DNA of 51,362 nt. Origin: Verrucomicrobiales bacterium. GTDB lineage: Bacteria; Verrucomicrobiota; Verrucomicrobiia; Verrucomicrobiales; SLCJ01. Below the pieces are notes generated by a model. It was not told the DNA's origin. It saw only the letters and a list, made by a program, of their open reading frames with translations, and made no database searches. Positions 30,935-41,630 of this stretch are shown one piece after another. The first letter of the stretch is position 1, and every line of letters starts with the position of its first letter. The stretch spans positions 1-51,362 of the forward strand of contig JBJTQJ010000050.1 of assembly GCA_046075565.1 (NCBI GenBank), given 5' to 3'. The position numbers and the translations under genes are program-made.

Positions 30935-32488
30935 ATGTCGCTCCCAAGATTCCGTATCACCGCCGGGAAAGTGTTCTTCGTTCTGCTCGGTATCCTGTCA
31001 TGCCCCGCGGCCATGGCCGACGTCCGGCTGCCAGCCATCATTTCCGATCACATGGTGCTGCAATGTGACATGGCCGTTCCCGTCTGGGGATGGGCCGACC
31101 CAGGTGAAGAGGTCGCTGTTAGCTTCCAAGGTCAGACCCGGCCAAGCAAGGCAGGCGCGGACGGCAAATGGCGGGTAAACTTGGAGAAACTGGAATCCGG
31201 CGGACCCTTTATCATGGAGGTGAAGGGGAAGAACACGATCAAAATCGAAGATGTATTGGTGGGTGAAGTCTGGTTGGCCTCGGGGCAGTCGAACATGGCC
31301 ATGACCGTGGCCAACAGCAATAATGCCCAAAAAGAGATCGCGGCCGCCAATTTTCCGGAAATTCGCACGTTCCTTGTGCCGAGGGCTCCCATGGAGACGC
31401 CGCAGGAAAATTGTGGAGGCAAATGGGAGGTTTGTAGTCCGGCAACCGTCAAGGCCTTCTCCGCCGCCGCATACTTTTTCGCCCGCGACTTGCACCAGAG
31501 TTTGAAGGCTCCGGTTGGATTCATCAACTCTTCGTTCGGCGGCACTCCAATTGAAGGCTGGACAAGCATGGAGAAAATGAAGGGGAGGAGGGAACTGGAA
31601 AGTGTCCTCAAGCCATGGGAGAAAAAGGTCAGCGCGCCATATGACCCGGAAAAAGCGCTCGAGCAGCATAAGAAACAAATGGCCGCGTGGAAGGTCGCAT
31701 CGGAAAAGCGCAAGGCCGAAGGCAAACCCGTGGGTTCCCCTCCGGAAACACCGGTGCATCCCCGGAAACACAAGAACCATCCGGCAAATCTCTTCAATGG
31801 GATGATTGCCCCTGTGATCCCCTATGCCATTCGCGGGGCCATTTGGTATCAGGGTGAAAACAGTTGCCATCCGGGGGCGAGCGAGGATTATGATTTTCAG
31901 CTCCCGTTGTTGATCGAGGATTGGCGAGGCCGGTGGGGGCAGGGGGATTTTCCTTTCGCATGGGTGCAGTTGCCTTTCTTCAAGGAAAAAAGCGATGAAC
32001 CCAACCCTCCGAGTGACTGGGCCAACGTCCGCGAGGGGATGCTGCGTTCACTTTCCGTTTCGAACAGCGGGATGGTCATTACCATCGACACGGGCGATGC
32101 CAACAATATCCACCCGGCGGATAAACAGCCCGTCGGTAAACGATTGGCGATCTGGGCCAAGGCAAAGGTGTATGGGGAAAACATTCCCTACTCCGGTCCA
32201 TTGCCCGCCGGTCATAAGATCGAAGGCGAGAAAATCGTTCTCTCGTTCACTCACACCAACAAAGGGCTCTTGGCCAAGGGCGGGGAATTGAAGGGATTTG
32301 CCATCGCAGGTGCGGACAAAATATGGCATTGGGCGGACGCGCGCATCGAGGGAGAAACGGTGATCGTATCAAGTTCCCAAGTGAAGGCGCCGGTCGCCGT
32401 GCGTTACGGATGGGCCGATCATCCGGTGTGCACTCTATTCAACGGCGCCGGCCTTCCCGCTTCACCATTCCGCACGGACGATTGGTGA
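30935..32488 (+). CDS. Sialate O-acetylesterase (SASA/SGNH)
   Basis: SDHMVLQ, GEVWLASGQSNM, GGTPIEGW, GAIWYQGE, NIHPADK, PASPFRTDDW. Confidence 0.92.
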   Translation: MSLPRFRITAGKVFFVLLGILSCPAAMADVRLPAIISDHMVLQCDMAVPVWGWADPGEEVAVSFQGQTRPSKAGADGKWRVNLEKLESGGPFIMEVKGKNTIKIEDVLVGEVWLASGQSNMAMTVANSNNAQKEIAAANFPEIRTFLVPRAPMETPQENCGGKWEVCSPATVKAFSAAAYFFARDLHQSLKAPVGFINSSFGGTPIEGWTSMEKMKGRRELESVLKPWEKKVSAPYDPEKALEQHKKQMAAWKVASEKRKAEGKPVGSPPETPVHPRKHKNHPANLFNGMIAPVIPYAIRGAIWYQGENSCHPGASEDYDFQLPLLIEDWRGRWGQGDFPFAWVQLPFFKEKSDEPNPPSDWANVREGMLRSLSVSNSGMVITIDTGDANNIHPADKQPVGKRLAIWAKAKVYGENIPYSGPLPAGHKIEGEKIVLSFTHTNKGLLAKGGELKGFAIAGADKIWHWADARIEGETVIVSSSQVKAPVAVRYGWADHPVCTLFNGAGLPASPFRTDDW

Positions 32489-32580
32489 TCGCAAAATGTG
32501 CGGTCAAGGATGCATTTTCCTGCCTTCGGGCTGCGGCAGGGGGTTGACGATCCGGCGAATCCAACTAGGCTCTCCCTGAC

Positions 32581-34953
32581 ATGGATGAACCAACACAAGC
32601 AGCGAATCAATTTTTGCCACGTCGGGAGTTTCTCCGGAATGTCTCCCTCGCCAGTGCGGCGCTCGGCGGCGGGCCACTGCAAAATCTTGCGTTCGCGGCG
32701 AAAGAAGCACCCAATTCGTCCGGGGCATCATCAAGGCCGGGCAGCATGCTCCTCTGGGCGGACAAACCTGCCGAAAAATGGATGACCGAAGCCTATCCGA
32801 TTGGGAATGGTCCCATGGGGGCCATGCTCTTCGGGGGCACGGCCATCGAACGTGTGCAATTCAACGAAATCAGCTTGTGGAGTGGTGAAAGAGTGACCGC
32901 AGATGGTCCTCCGCTCGGCACGGGGAATGCTGATGGCGGGCGAATGGGTGCCTACCAGGCCTTCGGTGATATTTTCCTGCGCTTTGGGCACGATTCAACG
33001 AAAGTCAAAGACTACCGTGCTGAACTCGACATCGAGCGTGCCGTCCATCGGGTGACCTATGAATACGAGGGCACGCGCTACCAAAGAACCGCCTTCGCCA
33101 GTCATCCTGACAAGGTGATTGTCATCCGCTGCACCGCCGATAAACCGGGTGCCTACAGCGGTCGGGTCCAACTCGCCGACATGCACAAGGCGGAGATCAC
33201 GGCCCGGGAAAATCGACTGACCTCGGTAGGAGCGATGGGCAATGGCTTCGAATATGAGGCTCAAGTGCTGGTGGTGAATCAGGGTGGCAAGGTCAGCGCG
33301 GAGAAGGAGGGAGGTGCCGCGATGAAAAATGGCTGGGAAATCCCCACGCCCGAGGCCAACCTGCTCTTCGAAGGCTGCGATGGCCTCACCATCATCCTTT
33401 CAGCGGGCACGAACTTTCTCCAGGACCATCGCAAGGAATGGCTGGGCGAGCATCCGCATGCTGCCGTGACCAAGCATGTCGATGCGGCGGCGAAAATGGA
33501 GCACGCGGATTTGCTCGGCCGTCATGTCTCCGACTACCAATCGATCTTCAACAGGTTTTCCATTGATGTCGGACGAACGCCAACGGCGCAGTTCTCCAAA
33601 ACGACACTGGCGCGATTGCAGGCCTATGACCAGGGGACCATCGATCCGGATCTGGAGGCGCTGTTCTGCCAATTCGGACGTTATTTGCTGATTGGTTGTT
33701 CTCGACCGGGCTTCCTGCCCGCGAATCTCCAGGGAGTATGGAATGACAGCAATGAGCCGCCATGGGCCTGCGATTATCACTCGAATATCAATGTCGAGAT
33801 GAACTACTGGCCTGCCGAGCCGGCCAACCTCGCCGAATGCCACCGGCCCTTCATTGATTACGTGAATAGCATCCGGGAAGTGAGCGCGCATAACACCCGC
33901 CGGAGATATGGGGACAAACGCGGATGGACCGTGCAGACCATGAACAATGCCTGTGGGGTCTCTTTCTGGAAGTGGAATCCACCGGGGAGCGCATGGTATG
34001 CCCAGCATCTCTGGGAGCATTTCGCCTTCGGACGTAACAAAACCTACCTCCGGGAAACCGCCTACCCGATCATGAAGGAGATCTGCCATTTCTGGGAAGA
34101 CCGCCTGAAGGCGCGCCCGGATGGGACCTTGGTCACGCCGGACGGTTGGTCGCCCGAGCACGGGCCGGAAGAAGAAGGGGTCACCTATGATCAAATGATC
34201 GTGCACGATCTTTTCACCAACACCATCGAGGCGGCGGATGTTCTCGGTGAAGACAAGGAATTCCGCGATCGAATTACCGGACTGCGCGAGCGCTTGCTCA
34301 AACCGAAGATCGGACGATGGGGGCAACTGCAGGAATGGGAAGCTGACAAAGACGATCCCAAAGATCAGCACCGCCATGTGTCCCATCTTTTCGGATTGCA
34401 TCCCGGCCGCCAGATCACCAAGGCGAATACCCCGGAATTGGCCGAAGCCGCGCGGGTTTCACTCGAGGCGCGCGGTGAGAAGAGCACCGGTTGGAGCCGT
34501 GCTTGGAAAATCAATTTCTGGGCCCGGCTTTGGGATGGCGACCGCGCCTATACCATGTTGCGCAACCTGCTGCACGTCGTTCAAGAAACGAAGGTCATCT
34601 ACGGCGAAAGCGGGGCGGGGGTGTATCCAAATCTGCTCGATTCCCACCCACCATTCCAAATCGATGGAAACTTCGGTGCCACGGCGGGGTATTGCGAAAT
34701 GCTCGTGCAAAGCCATGCCGGAGGAATCCAACTCCTGCCCGCGCTACCCAAGGCTTGGCCAACTGGAAGCGTCTCCGGACTGCGCGCCCGTGGAGGCTTC
34801 ACGGTGGATATGAGTTGGAAAGACGGGCAGTTGGCCGAAGCGGTGATTCATTCGAACGCCGGCTTGCCATGCAAGGTGGTTTATGGAGAGAAAACATGGG
34901 ACCTGACGCTGAAGGCAGGGGAAAAGCAAAAGCTCGAGATCGCCGCGAGGTAG
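32581..34953 (+). CDS. Glycoside hydrolase family 95 (alpha-L-fucosidase-like), Tat-exported
   Basis: Tat motif RREFL; PIGNG.MGAM, QFGRYLLI, PANLQGVWN, DYHSNINVEMNYW, SPEHG, HRHVSHL, HPPFQIDGNFG, GLRARGG. Confidence 0.95.
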   Translation: MDEPTQAANQFLPRREFLRNVSLASAALGGGPLQNLAFAAKEAPNSSGASSRPGSMLLWADKPAEKWMTEAYPIGNGPMGAMLFGGTAIERVQFNEISLWSGERVTADGPPLGTGNADGGRMGAYQAFGDIFLRFGHDSTKVKDYRAELDIERAVHRVTYEYEGTRYQRTAFASHPDKVIVIRCTADKPGAYSGRVQLADMHKAEITARENRLTSVGAMGNGFEYEAQVLVVNQGGKVSAEKEGGAAMKNGWEIPTPEANLLFEGCDGLTIILSAGTNFLQDHRKEWLGEHPHAAVTKHVDAAAKMEHADLLGRHVSDYQSIFNRFSIDVGRTPTAQFSKTTLARLQAYDQGTIDPDLEALFCQFGRYLLIGCSRPGFLPANLQGVWNDSNEPPWACDYHSNINVEMNYWPAEPANLAECHRPFIDYVNSIREVSAHNTRRRYGDKRGWTVQTMNNACGVSFWKWNPPGSAWYAQHLWEHFAFGRNKTYLRETAYPIMKEICHFWEDRLKARPDGTLVTPDGWSPEHGPEEEGVTYDQMIVHDLFTNTIEAADVLGEDKEFRDRITGLRERLLKPKIGRWGQLQEWEADKDDPKDQHRHVSHLFGLHPGRQITKANTPELAEAARVSLEARGEKSTGWSRAWKINFWARLWDGDRAYTMLRNLLHVVQETKVIYGESGAGVYPNLLDSHPPFQIDGNFGATAGYCEMLVQSHAGGIQLLPALPKAWPTGSVSGLRARGGFTVDMSWKDGQLAEAVIHSNAGLPCKVVYGEKTWDLTLKAGEKQKLEIAAR

Positions 34954-35038
34954 TTGTTTCGATGCCACATGGCATCATCGCGCGTCTCTACAACTCGCGA
35001 TGACAAAACCCTCCTGAGCAACTTGGACGCAGGGCGAT

Positions 35039-35113
35039 GTACGACCGTGCCTCTGGCCGGTCGTCGTATGACGTGGCGGATCCCCCGACGACCGGCCAGA
35101 GGCACGGTCGTGC
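35039..35113. repeat. REPIN-like doublet: perfect 26-bp inverted repeat of self-palindromic units
   Basis: 35041-35066 acgaccgtgcctctggccggtcgtcg and its exact reverse complement at 35086-35111, 19-nt spacer; each unit has an ACGACCG..CGGTCGT hairpin; left unit begins GTAC. Confidence 0.85.
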
Positions 35114-35198
35114 GTTTTCTTCCCGGTTCCAGACTGGCCCCTGCGGGTTCCAGTGCTGATGCGGCACGCCGAGAACGCTCGCCCCGACAACTCCGAAT

Positions 35199-35867
35199 TT
35201 ACTCCGCTATTCTTCTCGGGGGTTCCACTCGATCTTTCTCCTTCACCTCGGGCTCTTTCCCCACGAAGCGGAGCAGGGGCTCCTGACTGGCTTGTTGCTG
35301 GAGGATTTTTCCGGTGCTGTCTCTCAGCACGACGAAGTGGCCTTTGTAGTCATGGTCGAAGTCGTGGTAACTTTTTGGAAAGCTGCAAGACGCTTCCTGT
35401 TCGCCATCGACTTCGAAGGTAAGGCGGGTGAGTCGGTAGAGACCGAAATTGTTCTTGTTTAAGTCCTGACCGATCCAGCCGACTTCCACGGTGAAGGGTT
35501 GCTTTTCGGTATTGGTAACGGCGATGGCGAGGCCCTTCATGTCGGCGCCATATCCGCCGTATCCTCCCCGGTCGCCACTGTCGCCGCGGGTTTTCAGCGT
35601 CCGGACCTTGAATCGGGCGCGGCTGAAAACGGAGTTTTGTTGCACCCATTTTTGGTCCTCCTCAACCAGTTTGTCGAGAGGGATTTGGTGTTCTTTACCG
35701 GCGATGGAAATCGTGACCGTGGTGGAGGTCTTGGCGATCATAACACCCCGGAGGGTGCGGCCATCGACATTCGTCCAGGTGCGTTCGTTAGCGGGAAGGA
35801 CCGCGCTCAGAAGGACGATGGTCAAGGACAGGACCCAAGACGTGCGGGGAAGAAGCGAGATCCTCAT
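35199..35867 (-). CDS. Exported protein with SHD1-like N-terminal domain
   Basis: Signal peptide, then ERTWTNVDGRTLRG...IPLDKLVEEDQKWV. Confidence 0.75.
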   Translation of the reverse strand: MRISLLPRTSWVLSLTIVLLSAVLPANERTWTNVDGRTLRGVMIAKTSTTVTISIAGKEHQIPLDKLVEEDQKWVQQNSVFSRARFKVRTLKTRGDSGDRGGYGGYGADMKGLAIAVTNTEKQPFTVEVGWIGQDLNKNNFGLYRLTRLTFEVDGEQEASCSFPKSYHDFDHDYKGHFVVLRDSTGKILQQQASQEPLLRFVGKEPEVKEKDRVEPPRRIAE

Positions 35868-35969
35868 GCCCCACCATAAACGCATTCTCGGCGGATTATT
35901 ACAAATCCCCGTGAAAAACCGGAAATTTTTCCGGTCCGAGCCAATCTACCCGTGATTCGGCGTCTCCGC

Positions 35970-36434
35970 TCAGCCTTCGGCCTTGGCAGTGACGATGAGT
36001 TTGAAGGATGCTTCGATTTCGGCGTGGAACTTGACCGGGATTTCGAATTCGCCGGTGCCTTTGATCGCCTTTTCCAGAACGATGTGGTGGCGGTCCACGG
36101 TAAGCTTGGCTTGGTCGAGCAGGGCCTTGGCCAGGTCGGTCGTGGTGATGGAACCGAAAGACTTGCCGCCTTGGCCGGTGGCGATCTCAAGATTGATGGT
36201 GGTCTTGCGAAGGGCGGCGGAGGTTTCCTTGGCAGCGGCGATTTCAGCAGCTTCGCGGGCGACGCGTTTGGCCTTGAGCGCGTTGGTGCGGTTCAGATTG
36301 CCTTTGGTCGCTTCCAGGGCCAGGCCTTGGGGCAGGAGGTAGTTGCGGGCGAAGCCGCCGCGGACTTTGACAAGGTCGGCTTCGGCGCCGAGCCCGGAAA
36401 TTTTTTCGGTGAGAATGACTTGGATGCTGGCCAT
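35970..36434 (-). CDS. rplI: 50S ribosomal protein L9
   Basis: QVILTEKISGLGAEADLVKVRGGFARNYLLPQGLA, GKSFGSIT, IKGTGEF. Confidence 0.97.
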   Translation of the reverse strand: MASIQVILTEKISGLGAEADLVKVRGGFARNYLLPQGLALEATKGNLNRTNALKAKRVAREAAEIAAAKETSAALRKTTINLEIATGQGGKSFGSITTTDLAKALLDQAKLTVDRHHIVLEKAIKGTGEFEIPVKFHAEIEASFKLIVTAKAEG

Positions 36435-36528
36435 GGTTCTGCCTTCGTGGAAGAGATTCAGTTCCCGGTTTGAGACGGGATGGGGAATTTGGCCGCAAAT
36501 CGAGAATTGTCAAGTTCTGTTCATCGAA

Positions 36529-37491
36529 TCAGACCACCGGCCAACCGCCGGGCGGGCACCACGGGGCGAACTCGGCGGGAGGCGGGGCGGTGAAGGCCAT
36601 GGGGCGCCCATCGGCGGGGTGGCGGAAGCGCAGGGAATAGGCGTGGAGCAGGAGGCGCTCGGCCTTGGGCTGGCGGCGGGGGTTGCCATAGAGCGGGTCG
36701 CCGACGATGGGGTGGCCGCAGTGGTGGAGGTGGACGCGGATTTGGTGGGTCCGCCCCGTGTGCAAGTCGCAACAAACGAGGCTGGTGCGCGCGGGACCGG
36801 CTTGTTCGATTTGGAGAAGTTGGTAGTCCGTGGCGGCGGGTTTGCCCTGACCTTCGGGAAGCACCGCGCGTTTCTGCCGGTTCACCGGGTGGCGGCCCAT
36901 CCAGGTGCGGATTTCCCGCTCGGGCGGGTTGGGCACACCGTGGACGATGGCGAGATAAACCTTTTTCACCTCACGGTCGGCGAATTGGGCTGAGAGCGAC
37001 TGGTGGGTGGCATCATCGCGGGCAATGACTATGAGTCCGCTCGTTTCCTTGTCGAGGCGGTGGACGATTCCCGGGCGTTCTTCGCCGCCGATGGCCGAGA
37101 GCTTTCCAAAGTGATGAAGCAGGGCATTGACAAGAGTGCCGTCGGGATTCCCGGCGGCCGGATGAACGACAAGGCCGGAGGGTTTCACGAGCACGGCGAG
37201 ATGGGCGTCCTCGTGTAGGATCTCAAGCGGGATGTCCTGCGCGAGGTTTTCCGCCGGCCGCGGCTCGGGAACGGTCCATACGATGGTATCGCCGCTTTTC
37301 AGAGCGTGGCGGGGCTTGGTGACGGGATGTCCGTTCAACGTAACCTGACCATCAGCGACGAGCGACTGCACGCGCGAGCGGGAGAGTTCGGGACAATGGT
37401 CGGCCAGAAATCGGTCAAGGCGGGTGTCGGGCGCGAGACTGTTCGGCACGACCAATCGACCTCTTTCTCCGGGGGTGGGGGATTCATTCAC
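36529..37491 (-). CDS. rluD: RluA-family (RluD-like) rRNA pseudouridine synthase with S4 domain
   Basis: RLDRFLA..LSRSRVQ, KPSGLVVHP, GIVHRLDKETSG, LHTGRTHQIRVH, GDPLYG; GTG start inferred. Confidence 0.88.
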   Translation of the reverse strand: MNESPTPGERGRLVVPNSLAPDTRLDRFLADHCPELSRSRVQSLVADGQVTLNGHPVTKPRHALKSGDTIVWTVPEPRPAENLAQDIPLEILHEDAHLAVLVKPSGLVVHPAAGNPDGTLVNALLHHFGKLSAIGGEERPGIVHRLDKETSGLIVIARDDATHQSLSAQFADREVKKVYLAIVHGVPNPPEREIRTWMGRHPVNRQKRAVLPEGQGKPAATDYQLLQIEQAGPARTSLVCCDLHTGRTHQIRVHLHHCGHPIVGDPLYGNPRRQPKAERLLLHAYSLRFRHPADGRPMAFTAPPPAEFAPWCPPGGWPVV

Positions 37492-37594
37492 CTTTTTAAG
37501 ATGGCTGCAACCAGCCGGGATGCAAGATATCGGACCAATTCGCGGGCAAAGTGGGTTGCCAAGTCGTAATTCCCGAGTGTAGTTTGGGGTACTC

Positions 37595-40027
37595 ATGTCC
37601 GAACCCGGCAAAGAATCCCTCACCAACGATTGCCCCGCTTGCGGGACCATTGTCGAGGTTTCCCGCTACATGCCGTTCGAGGAGGTCGCTTGCCCGTCCT
37701 GTGGCGAACTCATGCGCGTGCGGGTGGTGTTTGATCACTACCACATCGAGGAGATGCGCGGGGTCGGTGGAATGAGCCAGGTTTTCATCGCCCTAGATGC
37801 CCACCTGAACCGATTGGTTGCCCTCAAGGTACTGAACCGAGAGAATAGCTCGAAGGAAGACCGGATCGTCCAGTTCGAGCGCGAAGCACGGCTCACGGCT
37901 TCCATCAGCCATCCGAACGTGGTGCGTGTTTATGGGGTAGGCCATGCCCAGGGAAATTTCTACATTGCGATGGAGCTGGTGGAGGGGGCGAGTCTGGAGG
38001 AAATGCTGCGCCAGCAGGAAAAGCTAACCGAACCCCAGGTTCTCGACTTGGCAATCCAGACCGCCGAGGGGCTCGCGGCCGCCTATCGGGTCGGCCTCAT
38101 TCACCGGGATATCAAACCCGGAAACATCCTGCTCACTTCGGAAGGAAAAGCCAAACTCGTGGACTTCGGTCTCGCGCTGGTTTTCGAAAAAGACGTGGAT
38201 ACCTCCGACGAGATCTGGGCGACCCCTTATTATGTGCCACCTGAAAAGCTGGCCGGCTTGCCCGAGGACTTCCGTGGCGACATCTACAGTCTCGGTTCGA
38301 CTTTTTTCCATCTGCTCGCGGGATGTCCGCCCTACGACACGCAGTCCGCTTCCATCGATGAACTGAAGGAAATCAAGAGTCGTCCGGTGCGTTTGGGTGC
38401 ATTCGCGCCGATGATTTCCGGTCCCACGCAACAGATCGTCAATCGCATGATGGAGCTGAAGCCGGAATCACGATACCAGAGCTACGATGAGTTGCTCGAA
38501 GCGCTTCGCCAGGCCCGTGAGAAGCTGCTCGGTTCGCTCGGTCTGATCAAGCAGGCCACCCGTCAGTCGCGCCGCGAGGAACAACGACGCAAAAAAATCA
38601 TCCAGGCCAGCACGGCCGCCGTCCTGCTAGCTGTCGCCACCATCGGGCTGGTGGTCTGGCACGCTGTCGGCGGCGAAGACCCGGCGGGCGGAGCAGCCGC
38701 AAGCGGGGGCGAGGTTGTGGGCGGGGATGGCTTCGGTGTCGCCACGGTCGAAAGCGATAACGTGGGCGAGAGATTCGTGAAAGCCCGCCAGCAACTCATT
38801 GCGGGAAACCTCGCCGATGCCCGTCAGGAATTTGTCTCCATCTTTGATCTGCCCCGCACACGCCAACCGACTCTCAACTGGGCCGCTTACAATGCCGCCC
38901 TCGCCTCGCTTCTGACCGGTGAACCGGGTGAAGCCCGCTTGATGATCGGGCGCATGAAGAACCATCCGGATTTCCAACAGGGCCGCGTGGGCAATGCGGG
39001 ACCGTTTTTCCGCCGCGTCACCGAATTCATGCTCGAATCATGGCCGGTGCCTCTTTCCGAACTCGAGGAAATGAAGAAGACCCAGGGTTGGGAGGCCGCC
39101 GCTTTGTTGGCCGGTCTCAAATCATGGGAACACGGGCGATTCAACGACGCCGCTGTTTTTCTGCAGACGGTGCGGGACGCCAAGCCGGCTCGTGATCTCT
39201 CGTGGATCACCGAGCTAAATCCAATTCTCGTCAAATACACCACGGATGCCGCCCTCATTGCCGGACTCTCTCCAATCCATGATCTACCGCGTTCCACGAA
39301 TGCCGAATCCGCGCTCAAGGAAACGCGCGATGCCATCGGCCAGTTACGAACCGATGGCCGGGCCAAACGTTTCCTCGAAGCCCGGGCGTCTGGTCTCGAG
39401 AAGCAGCGGGATACCCTGCTGGCGGCTGAAAAGAAAGCCGATGATCTCGCCCAACAAGAACGGGCCACCCGCGAGATGGCCGAATTGGACGCGCTTGCCG
39501 TCAAACTCGCTTCGTTCCGCGATGGCTATCGATTCGAGGAGGCGGTTAACGAGCTGCGCGCCTTCACTCCCCAGACCACGGTCGCGAAGGATAGCCAGGC
39601 CATCATGCTCTGGAAGTGGCAGGGCGGGGTAGATTTCTTCACCACCCTCGTCGCGGATCTGAATACCAAACCCTATCGAGGCAATTTGCAGATCCGCGAG
39701 GGGGCCGCCGCCTTGTCGGACATTTCCGTGACCAAAGCCACCAGGGCGACCCTGGTTTTGTCGGGACGAGTGGGAGTCCTGAATGCCTCCATCGCCCAGA
39801 TGCCGGCATCTCAGATTGTCACGCTCGCCGTCTCCATGCTTGAGAAGACCACGGTCGAAGCGGATGTGAACCTCCGCCGGAGTCTGTTGGCGCGGTTTTG
39901 CCTTTTGATCGGACAAATGGATGCCGCCAATCGATGGGCCGCCAGCTTGGAAAAAGATGGGGAGTTTACCGCCCGCTGGAAAGCCGCCCTCGCACTTCTT
40001 TCTCCGGCTCCAGCCACCACGCCGTGA
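37595..40027 (+). CDS. Membrane Hanks-type Ser/Thr protein kinase with N-terminal zinc ribbon and helical extracytoplasmic domain
   Basis: [47 protein letters not shown]; a single TM follows the kinase domain. Confidence 0.92.
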   Translation: MSEPGKESLTNDCPACGTIVEVSRYMPFEEVACPSCGELMRVRVVFDHYHIEEMRGVGGMSQVFIALDAHLNRLVALKVLNRENSSKEDRIVQFEREARLTASISHPNVVRVYGVGHAQGNFYIAMELVEGASLEEMLRQQEKLTEPQVLDLAIQTAEGLAAAYRVGLIHRDIKPGNILLTSEGKAKLVDFGLALVFEKDVDTSDEIWATPYYVPPEKLAGLPEDFRGDIYSLGSTFFHLLAGCPPYDTQSASIDELKEIKSRPVRLGAFAPMISGPTQQIVNRMMELKPESRYQSYDELLEALRQAREKLLGSLGLIKQATRQSRREEQRRKKIIQASTAAVLLAVATIGLVVWHAVGGEDPAGGAAASGGEVVGGDGFGVATVESDNVGERFVKARQQLIAGNLADARQEFVSIFDLPRTRQPTLNWAAYNAALASLLTGEPGEARLMIGRMKNHPDFQQGRVGNAGPFFRRVTEFMLESWPVPLSELEEMKKTQGWEAAALLAGLKSWEHGRFNDAAVFLQTVRDAKPARDLSWITELNPILVKYTTDAALIAGLSPIHDLPRSTNAESALKETRDAIGQLRTDGRAKRFLEARASGLEKQRDTLLAAEKKADDLAQQERATREMAELDALAVKLASFRDGYRFEEAVNELRAFTPQTTVAKDSQAIMLWKWQGGVDFFTTLVADLNTKPYRGNLQIREGAAALSDISVTKATRATLVLSGRVGVLNASIAQMPASQIVTLAVSMLEKTTVEADVNLRRSLLARFCLLIGQMDAANRWAASLEKDGEFTARWKAALALLSPAPATTP

Positions 40028-40055
40028 TCAACCTATTCTCCGAAGGGACCTTGTC

Positions 40056-41630
40056 ATGAGCCGCGATTCCAAAGGCGATCCCCCCGACCCGTTTAGCCAG
40101 GACTTCTTCGAGCGTATGCGCTCGATGTTCGGAAACTCCATGCCCATGCCGGGGGAACCCGAGCCGACCAGCGGAACCGAAGAGACATCGGAATCCGCTA
40201 TGGCGCGCGTGCTTTCGTTTTCCCTCCTGCCTCGTGATATCAAGGCTCACCTCGACCGGTTTGTCATCCGGCAAGACGATGCGAAAAAGGCCCTCGCCAT
40301 CGCCATCTGCGACCACTACAACCACGCCCGCCATGTGCAGGAGAATCGCGATCTGCCGGCCCAGACCATCGAGTTCGCGAAACAAAACGTGCTGCTCATG
40401 GGGCCGACGGGTGTTGGCAAAACGTATCTCGTCAAACACGCCGCCGACTTGATCGGTGTTCCTTTTGTCAAAGCTGATGCCACCAAGTTCAGCGAGACCG
40501 GCTACGTTGGTGGCGACGTGGATGATCTCGTGCGCGAACTCGTCCGTCGCGCCGATGGCGACATCGCCCTCGCCGAACATGGGATCATCTACATCGACGA
40601 AATCGACAAACTCGCTTCCAAGGGCGGGGCCACCTTCGGGCGCGACGTGAGTGGACGCGGCGTCCAGACCACCTTGCTCAAATTGATGGAAGAGACGGAC
40701 GTTCCCCTCCGCAACCCGATGGATTTGAGCGGACAAATGATGGCCATGGCGGAAATGCGGCGAGGACAAGGCCCTCGCAAGTCCTCCATCAATACCCGCC
40801 ATATCCTCTTCATTGTGAGCGGCGCGTTTTCCGGACTTGATAGTATCATCGAACGCCGCACCCGCGCCGGTGCCATCGGCTTTGGTGCTGCCACCGGCGG
40901 CGACATGCCTTCCCACCATCTCTTTGAAGAAGCCGCCACCCGCGACTTCATCGACTACGGATTCGAGGCCGAGTTCATCGGTCGGCTGCCAGTGCGCATC
41001 GTGTGCCAACCACTGGAGGAGGATGACCTCTACCGCATCCTCACCGAAAGCGAGGGCAGTCTCCTCCGGCAGTATGAAAGCGAGTTCTCCGCCTATGGGA
41101 TCCGCGCTCTCTTCGGGCCTTCAGCCCTGCGCCGCATCGCCGCCCTTGCGGCCAAGGAAGGCACCGGTGCCCGCGGCTTGCTCACGGTCTGCGAGCGGCT
41201 GCTCCGTTCTTTCAAATTCTCCCTTCCCGGAAGTGGAGCCCGCGAATTCGTGATCGATGATCGCGCCTTCGATGCGCCCGAAGAACGGCTCGCGGAAATC
41301 CTTGCCGATAGCATGAACGAGGAACTCCAGCGCAGCCGCGAGGCTCTTGCCGGTTACGCTCGGGCATTTTTCGAGCGCACCTCGCTGACCATTGAATTCC
41401 CACCCGATACGGCCCGCGCCATTGTCTTTGCGGCCGGAGCGACGGCGGAGTCGGTGGAGGAATGGGTCGCGCGCTCCTTCCGCGATTTCGATCATGCGCT
41501 GCCGCTGGCGCGTGCCGCCGGAGCAGGCGATCACTTCTCGATACCTGTCGCCGCCGTGAAAGACGCTCCGCTCTACTTGAGCGAACTGGTCGCCGAAGCC
41601 TGCCGCAAGAAGGAGGTTTCGCCGTCATGA
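40056..41630 (+). CDS. ClpX-like AAA+ ATPase lacking the N-terminal zinc domain, with C-terminal extension
   Basis: [44 protein letters not shown] loop, [14 protein letters not shown]. Confidence 0.88.
   Translation: MSRDSKGDPPDPFSQDFFERMRSMFGNSMPMPGEPEPTSGTEETSESAMARVLSFSLLPRDIKAHLDRFVIRQDDAKKALAIAICDHYNHARHVQENRDLPAQTIEFAKQNVLLMGPTGVGKTYLVKHAADLIGVPFVKADATKFSETGYVGGDVDDLVRELVRRADGDIALAEHGIIYIDEIDKLASKGGATFGRDVSGRGVQTTLLKLMEETDVPLRNPMDLSGQMMAMAEMRRGQGPRKSSINTRHILFIVSGAFSGLDSIIERRTRAGAIGFGAATGGDMPSHHLFEEAATRDFIDYGFEAEFIGRLPVRIVCQPLEEDDLYRILTESEGSLLRQYESEFSAYGIRALFGPSALRRIAALAAKEGTGARGLLTVCERLLRSFKFSLPGSGAREFVIDDRAFDAPEERLAEILADSMNEELQRSREALAGYARAFFERTSLTIEFPPDTARAIVFAAGATAESVEEWVARSFRDFDHALPLARAAGAGDHFSIPVAAVKDAPLYLSELVAEACRKKEVSPS

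Noticed and set aside
34956..35113. CRISPR array
   Set aside because: No repeat-spacer periodicity and no cas genes; the repeats present are inverted, not direct
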